From: Bacillota bacterium
GTDB lineage: Bacteria; Bacillota; JAAYKD01
Length of the DNA: 64,000 nucleotides
Direction: 5' to 3'
NCBI GenBank assembly: GCA_036744005.1
Contig: DAINOJ010000003.1
Coordinates: 29,403-93,402, forward strand
Both the position numbers and the translations under genes were made by a program. Below, in pieces: positions 62,749 through 64,000 of the stretch. Position 1 is the first letter of the stretch. Each line of letters opens with the position of its first letter. Under the pieces are notes generated by a model. The model made no database searches and had not been told where the DNA came from. It saw nothing but the letters and a program-made list of their open reading frames with translations.

Positions 62749-64000
62749 ATGGAGACACAGTTGCATTACGAGCAGTTGCTACGCGACCAACCAGGGTATG
62801 TACAACAACTGCTCAAAGGTTTTTTCCATAATACTATGGTAGGGCAAGCTCTCACGTTGCCTTCGGGCACCCTGTTAGCCAATGATGCGCTATGCCATAT
62901 TTTGGGGTATCCCGTGGAAGAGCTCGTGAGACATCCATGGAGTTATTTTGTTGCAGATGAAGATCAAGCGAAAGCCCAAGCCACCTTTGCTCAACTCATG
63001 AGTGGTGAAAGGAACAACATAGAAAACGATTTGCACTTGGTCAAAAAAGATGGCAGTGTGATTTGGGTGGAATTCTACGCATCTGCCCATCGATTAAACC
63101 CAGAGGAACCATATCAGATTATGGTTACGATTATCGATAACACCGAGAAACGGCAAAGAGAAGATGAATTAGAACGGTATCGTAACCTGGTGCAAACCTT
63201 CATGGATGCCAGCAGCGACCGCATCTTCTTAAAAGACGATCAATTCCGTTTTGTTCTGGTGAACCAAACCACTGCAAAGATGAGGGGCTTGCAAAAAAGC
63301 GATTATATCAACCATACCGATTTTGATTTGATGCCACACCAAGAAGCTCAAAATCGGCGCCGAAATGACCAAGAAGTCTTGAAGCACAATCGCCTAATGA
63401 TTTGGGAAGAATCGGTCGGAGATCAAATCATTGAAACCAGGAAATTCCCGGTGGTGTTGGAAACCGGCATGACCGGAGTCGGTGGCTTTGGGCGAGACAT
63501 TACCCAAGAAGTCCAGCAACGAGAAATGATACGAAAAATGTCGGAGGCAAACCGTATTATTAATCGTTGCATGACCGATGAATTCCACTCGGTGGATGAA
63601 CAACTGGAATACGCCATTGAGGAAGCAAAACGCTTGACCGACAGCCAATTTGGCTTTATCTATTCCTATAACGAAACCAAACAAGAACTGCAGCTACAAC
63701 AATACACCGACAAAGTCATGGCGTCCTGTATGCTGGGTCCTAAGAAATCTTGCTGTTCACTCAACGAAGCCGGCCTATGGGGAGAAGCGGTGCGTCAAAG
63801 AAAGACCCTTGTGGTGGACGATTATGCCACCAGCCCATTGAAAAAAGAGTTACCGCAAGGTCACTTACCCGTGGTCAATTTTATGTCGATACCTCTGTTC
63901 GACCGCCAAAAAATCGTTGCCGTGATTGGCTTGGCGAACAAGGCCGGTGCGTATTCCGAAAGCGATATCTCGGTCATACAAGCCCTCATGAACGGGGTAT
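62749..64000 (+). CDS. Paralogous PAS-PAS-GAF sensory protein, 3' end beyond the window (probably a second PAS/GGDEF-type signalling protein)
   Basis: RBS AGGGGGGTG before ATG. The N-terminal ~415 aa parallel the upstream gene, e.g. FMDASSDRIFLKDDQFRFVLVN versus FIDASDDKIFLKDEHFRYIIVN, and GLWGEAVRQRKTLVVDDYA versus GFWGEAVHQRKVLVFDPSQ. Confidence 0.75.
   Translation, partial: METQLHYEQLLRDQPGYVQQLLKGFFHNTMVGQALTLPSGTLLANDALCHILGYPVEELVRHPWSYFVADEDQAKAQATFAQLMSGERNNIENDLHLVKKDGSVIWVEFYASAHRLNPEEPYQIMVTIIDNTEKRQREDELERYRNLVQTFMDASSDRIFLKDDQFRFVLVNQTTAKMRGLQKSDYINHTDFDLMPHQEAQNRRRNDQEVLKHNRLMIWEESVGDQIIETRKFPVVLETGMTGVGGFGRDITQEVQQREMIRKMSEANRIINRCMTDEFHSVDEQLEYAIEEAKRLTDSQFGFIYSYNETKQELQLQQYTDKVMASCMLGPKKSCCSLNEAGLWGEAVRQRKTLVVDDYATSPLKKELPQGHLPVVNFMSIPLFDRQKIVAVIGLANKAGAYSESDISVIQALMNGV

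Noticed and set aside
1-64000. Search for rRNA, tRNA, transposase, integrase, phage structural or cas genes
   Set aside because: None of the ORFs or intergenic regions showed the corresponding signatures when read by eye. A tRNAscan or cmscan run would be needed to rule out small RNAs completely.

Overview
This 64 kb window looks like a chromosomal accessory/signalling region from a Gram-positive-type bacterium (strong GGAGG-type ribosome-binding sites, frequent GTG/TTG starts, many intrinsic terminators). I found no rRNA, tRNA, CRISPR array, transposase or integrase. The window is dominated by two giant secreted multi-repeat proteins (4557 aa and 2536 aa), an unusually dense set of sensory and c-di-GMP genes (two two-component systems, four GGDEF-type proteins), several regulators, and transporters. 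The most interesting candidates for undescribed biology are: (1) the 4557-aa mosaic surface protein with a ~1200-aa array of an unrecognised alpha-helical repeat, followed by two tandem CPBP intramembrane protease paralogs and a diguanylate cyclase; (2) a divergent unit of a histidine kinase, a histidine-less kinase paralog and a NarL-type regulator, facing a small-protein / 2536-aa protein / 624-aa protein operon across an 18-bp perfect palindrome; (3) a tight four-gene membrane operon with no recognisable family; (4) a divergent EF-Ts paralog co-transcribed with a PadR repressor. All calls rest on reading the supplied translations and the DNA by eye; no database search or computation was run, and start codons were chosen by RBS spacing.
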